NCBI RefSeq assembly: GCF_964194155.1 | Contig: NC_135897.1 | Span: 10,850,001 to 10,914,000, forward strand | Source: Cetorhinus maximus | Taxonomy: Eukaryota | Direction of reading: 5' to 3' | DNA: 64,000 nt | Shown: piece by piece, positions 61,400 to 64,000 of the stretch | How the letters are laid out: every line of letters starts with the position of its first letter | How positions within the stretch are numbered: position 1 is the stretch's first letter | Notes under the pieces: model-generated | What the model saw: the letters and a program-made list of their open reading frames with translations, nothing else | Database searches by the model: none | What the model was told of the DNA's origin: nothing | Position numbers and translations under genes: made by a program

Positions 61400-63705
61400 C
61401 CCCCACCAGCTCACTAATGTCCTTAAGAAAAGGAAAGCTGTTCTTGCCTAAATGCAACTCCAACCTCACACCAACAACTCTGAAGTGGTCTAGTACACAT
61501 CGAAGTTTGTTTGAAGTCCTGTCCCAGCGCTCACCCACACCCTCCACCAACGCAGAGACACACACCTCGGTGGGACCTAGCTTTACAGTAGCCTCAGGAT
61601 CACAATCTGGTGAACACATCGCACTATCTGATCCACAGCAGGCAGCGGTAGGGACTCCCCAGGTGTCCGGCACTTGGAGGGCTGCTGGAGGCCGGAAATT
61701 TGCTGAGTCCGAGTCAGATGATGAGTCTCTGGACTCGGTCATGTCACAGTTCCTGGAGCTGCAAAGGCAAACTCAGGAACATCAGGCAGGGATGTCCACT
61801 GCACTCCTCAGAGTCTGCCCGCCCCCAGGCTGAGGTGATAGTGCCGGCATGCCAACGCATTGAAGTCAGCACTGGTAGGATGGCGGCTGCCATGGAGACC
61901 TTGGTCCGAGATGTCACTCCTGCACTGCTGCACGGGCTTAACTCTATCACTGACACCATAGTTGGCCTCCAACAGTGTCTATGTGCGAGGGGTGCTGGGC
62001 AGCTCGATCTCACTCCAGCTTCCCCATCTGCTAACGGAATCAGCCAGGGGCCCTCGGGCACCCATAGGGAGGAGGATCAGCAGGTGCACACCCAGGGCCA
62101 TCTATCCAGGTGACTCCGAGCGTGACCGGCCCATCCGAATCCCCTCTTCCTGTGATCTCAGTATCTCCAGCTCCACAGGTTGAGGAGGGTGCCACTGCCA
62201 CACAGCAGGCCCCCAAAAGCAGGCCGGGCCCTCCAAGTCTCGGCCCACCAGAGGACGCCCGCCAAAGTCATCACAGACAGGGTGTCACAGTCAGCAGGCT
62301 GCCTCCACATCCACTGTGGATGTCCAGGGAGCACCAAGACGTAGCGGCAGGGTTAGGACAGTTAAGGAGATGTAACTCTTTCGAGTTATCAACAGTCACA
62401 GATTGTAACTCTTTCGAGTACATTCACAGTTCTTGGTTTTCCGGGAGTGGGACATGAACCCACAACTTGGGCATGGGTGTTAATCACTTGTACATAATGT
62501 TCACTATTGTCAATAAACTCCCAAGGATGTCTCCCTGCCTATGGCTCCTTGTTCTGATGAGCCGTGTTTGTGTCACTCAGATGTGAAACCTGTCTGCACA
62601 AGATAAAGGCAGGTGTCTCAGTCCAGGGCCTCTTCCCTGTGCTCTGTGCAGCCTTCAGACCACAGTGATGGTCCAGCCTCACACTCCCTGGAAACATTAC
62701 TGATGCTTGCACCTCGGCAGTGCTGGTCATTGCTGCCAGAATGTAGTGGGCAGGTGTCACAGAGTTCCCTCATTCTCTCTGTGTGCTCTCAGCATCTTCA
62801 AGGTGGGGCTGGCCCCATCTCTTCAGCATCTGTGACCAGTGACGCTGTGCTCCTGAAGAGGTCAGGTGCTGAAGGTGGACAAAGGATCAGATGTGTCTAA
62901 AGTTTCATGGCTGCGTCTCTATGATATGGCCCTGATCACAGAGCGCAAGCGAGCTGCCCTCGGCCAGACAGGAGTCAGACATTCTCAGAGGCTCTGTGAA
63001 GATCTATGGAGTGTCCTCACTGCATGTTGTCATCATCCTCCTGCAATCGAGTGACTATTAGTGCCTCCACTGTGTCTCCATGACAGGAGCATTCTCACAG
63101 AGGGTATGTGCACTGCCATAAACCAGACTGAAATCAAACGTTCACAGATGCAATGTGAGGATCTGTGGTATCTCCTCACTGCATGTCACCATCATCCTCT
63201 GGCAGCTATGAATCATGCCTGCCTTGTCTGGCCAGTGCGAGGGCCTCATCGCTGTCATCGCCATCATCGCCACCTTCGAGGACCTCCTCACCCTCATCAC
63301 CATCAAAGTCCTGCTCATCGGAGGAGACCTCCAGCTCCTCCATCTCCTCCTCAGCCAACTCCTCCCCCTGTTGCAGTGCCAGGTTGTAAAGGGCGCAGCA
63401 GACGATGATGATGTGTGACACCCTCTGTGGACTGTATTGCAGGGCTCCACCAGACCGGTCCAGGCACCGGAAACACATCTTCAGCATCCCGATGGTTTGC
63501 TCCACCAAGTTGTGAGCTGCTGCATGAGCCTCATTATAGCGTCACTCTGCTGCAGTCTGAGGCAGCCGCACGGGTGTCATCAGCCACAACCTCTGTGGGT
63601 AGCCATTGTCCCTGAGGAGCCAACCCTGCAGCCTCAGTGGACCCTATATCGGGAATATATCAGGGATCTGTGACCAACTGAGAATGTAGGAACCGTGCAC
63701 ACGCC
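61400..63705 (-). mobile_element. Second PIF/Harbinger element, partial: transposase C-terminus on -, Myb-gene 3' part on +
   Basis: ORF 63206-63508 VEQTIGMLKMCFRCLDRSGGALQYSPQRVSHIIIVCCALYNLA plus acidic tail; + strand 61500-62370 similar to the Myb-gene exon 3 of the first element; left boundary uncertain. Confidence 0.85.
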
Positions 63706-64000
63706 CACAGAATCTTAACGGCACAGAAGGAGGTCATTCGGCCCATCATGTCTGTATCGGCTCTCCAAATGAGTGTTATGACCTAGCGCCATTGCTCTGC
63801 CTTTTCCCCGTAACCCTGCACATTGTTTCTATTCAAACAATCATCTAATACCCTCTTGAATGACTCAGTTGAACCTGCCTCCAGTACACTTCCAGGCCGC
63901 GCATTCCAAACCCTAACTACACGTAGTGTGAAAGTTTTTTCTCACGTCACATTTGCTTCTTCTGCAAATCACTTTAAATCTGTGCCCTCTCATTCTTGAT
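63706..64000 (-). mobile_element. CR1 3' end inserted into the Harbinger transposase
   Basis: GCACAGAAGGAGGTCATTCGGCCCATCATGTCTG, highly similar to 42150-42430. Confidence 0.85.

Overview
Vertebrate genomic DNA, most likely a shark or other cartilaginous fish (inferred from the repeat families). The window covers part of LIMS2 (PINCH2) on the + strand: four coding exons at 47556-47705, 48703-48853, 51354-51446 and 56030-56078, all with canonical AG/GT sites and consistent phases. An intact single-exon GPR17 ORF (7615-8613, - strand) lies in the very large intron upstream of these exons, the same antisense nested arrangement known in mammals. The rest is minisatellites (33, 25, 19, 19, 38, 56 and 15 bp units), microsatellites, four N-gaps and layered transposons: CR1 LINEs, an L2 fragment, two tRNA-derived SINE families, Penelope-like fragments, solo LTRs and several PIF/Harbinger elements with MITEs. 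Nearly all other ORFs in the supplied track are repeat artefacts or decayed TE fragments. The strongest novelty candidate is a 3.15-kb EN+RT LINE with no ORF1 that begins with a tRNA-like A/B-box head and is almost free of TTTT on its sense strand. It may be a Pol III-transcribed autonomous retroelement, and the local SINE looks like its 5'+3' internal-deletion derivative. Other points of interest are minimal hammerhead-ribozyme cores in Penelope-like repeats, templated insertions inside TEs, a short telomeric patch and a uORF just before GPR17. TE boundaries were read by eye and are approximate unless a TSD or TIR is quoted.
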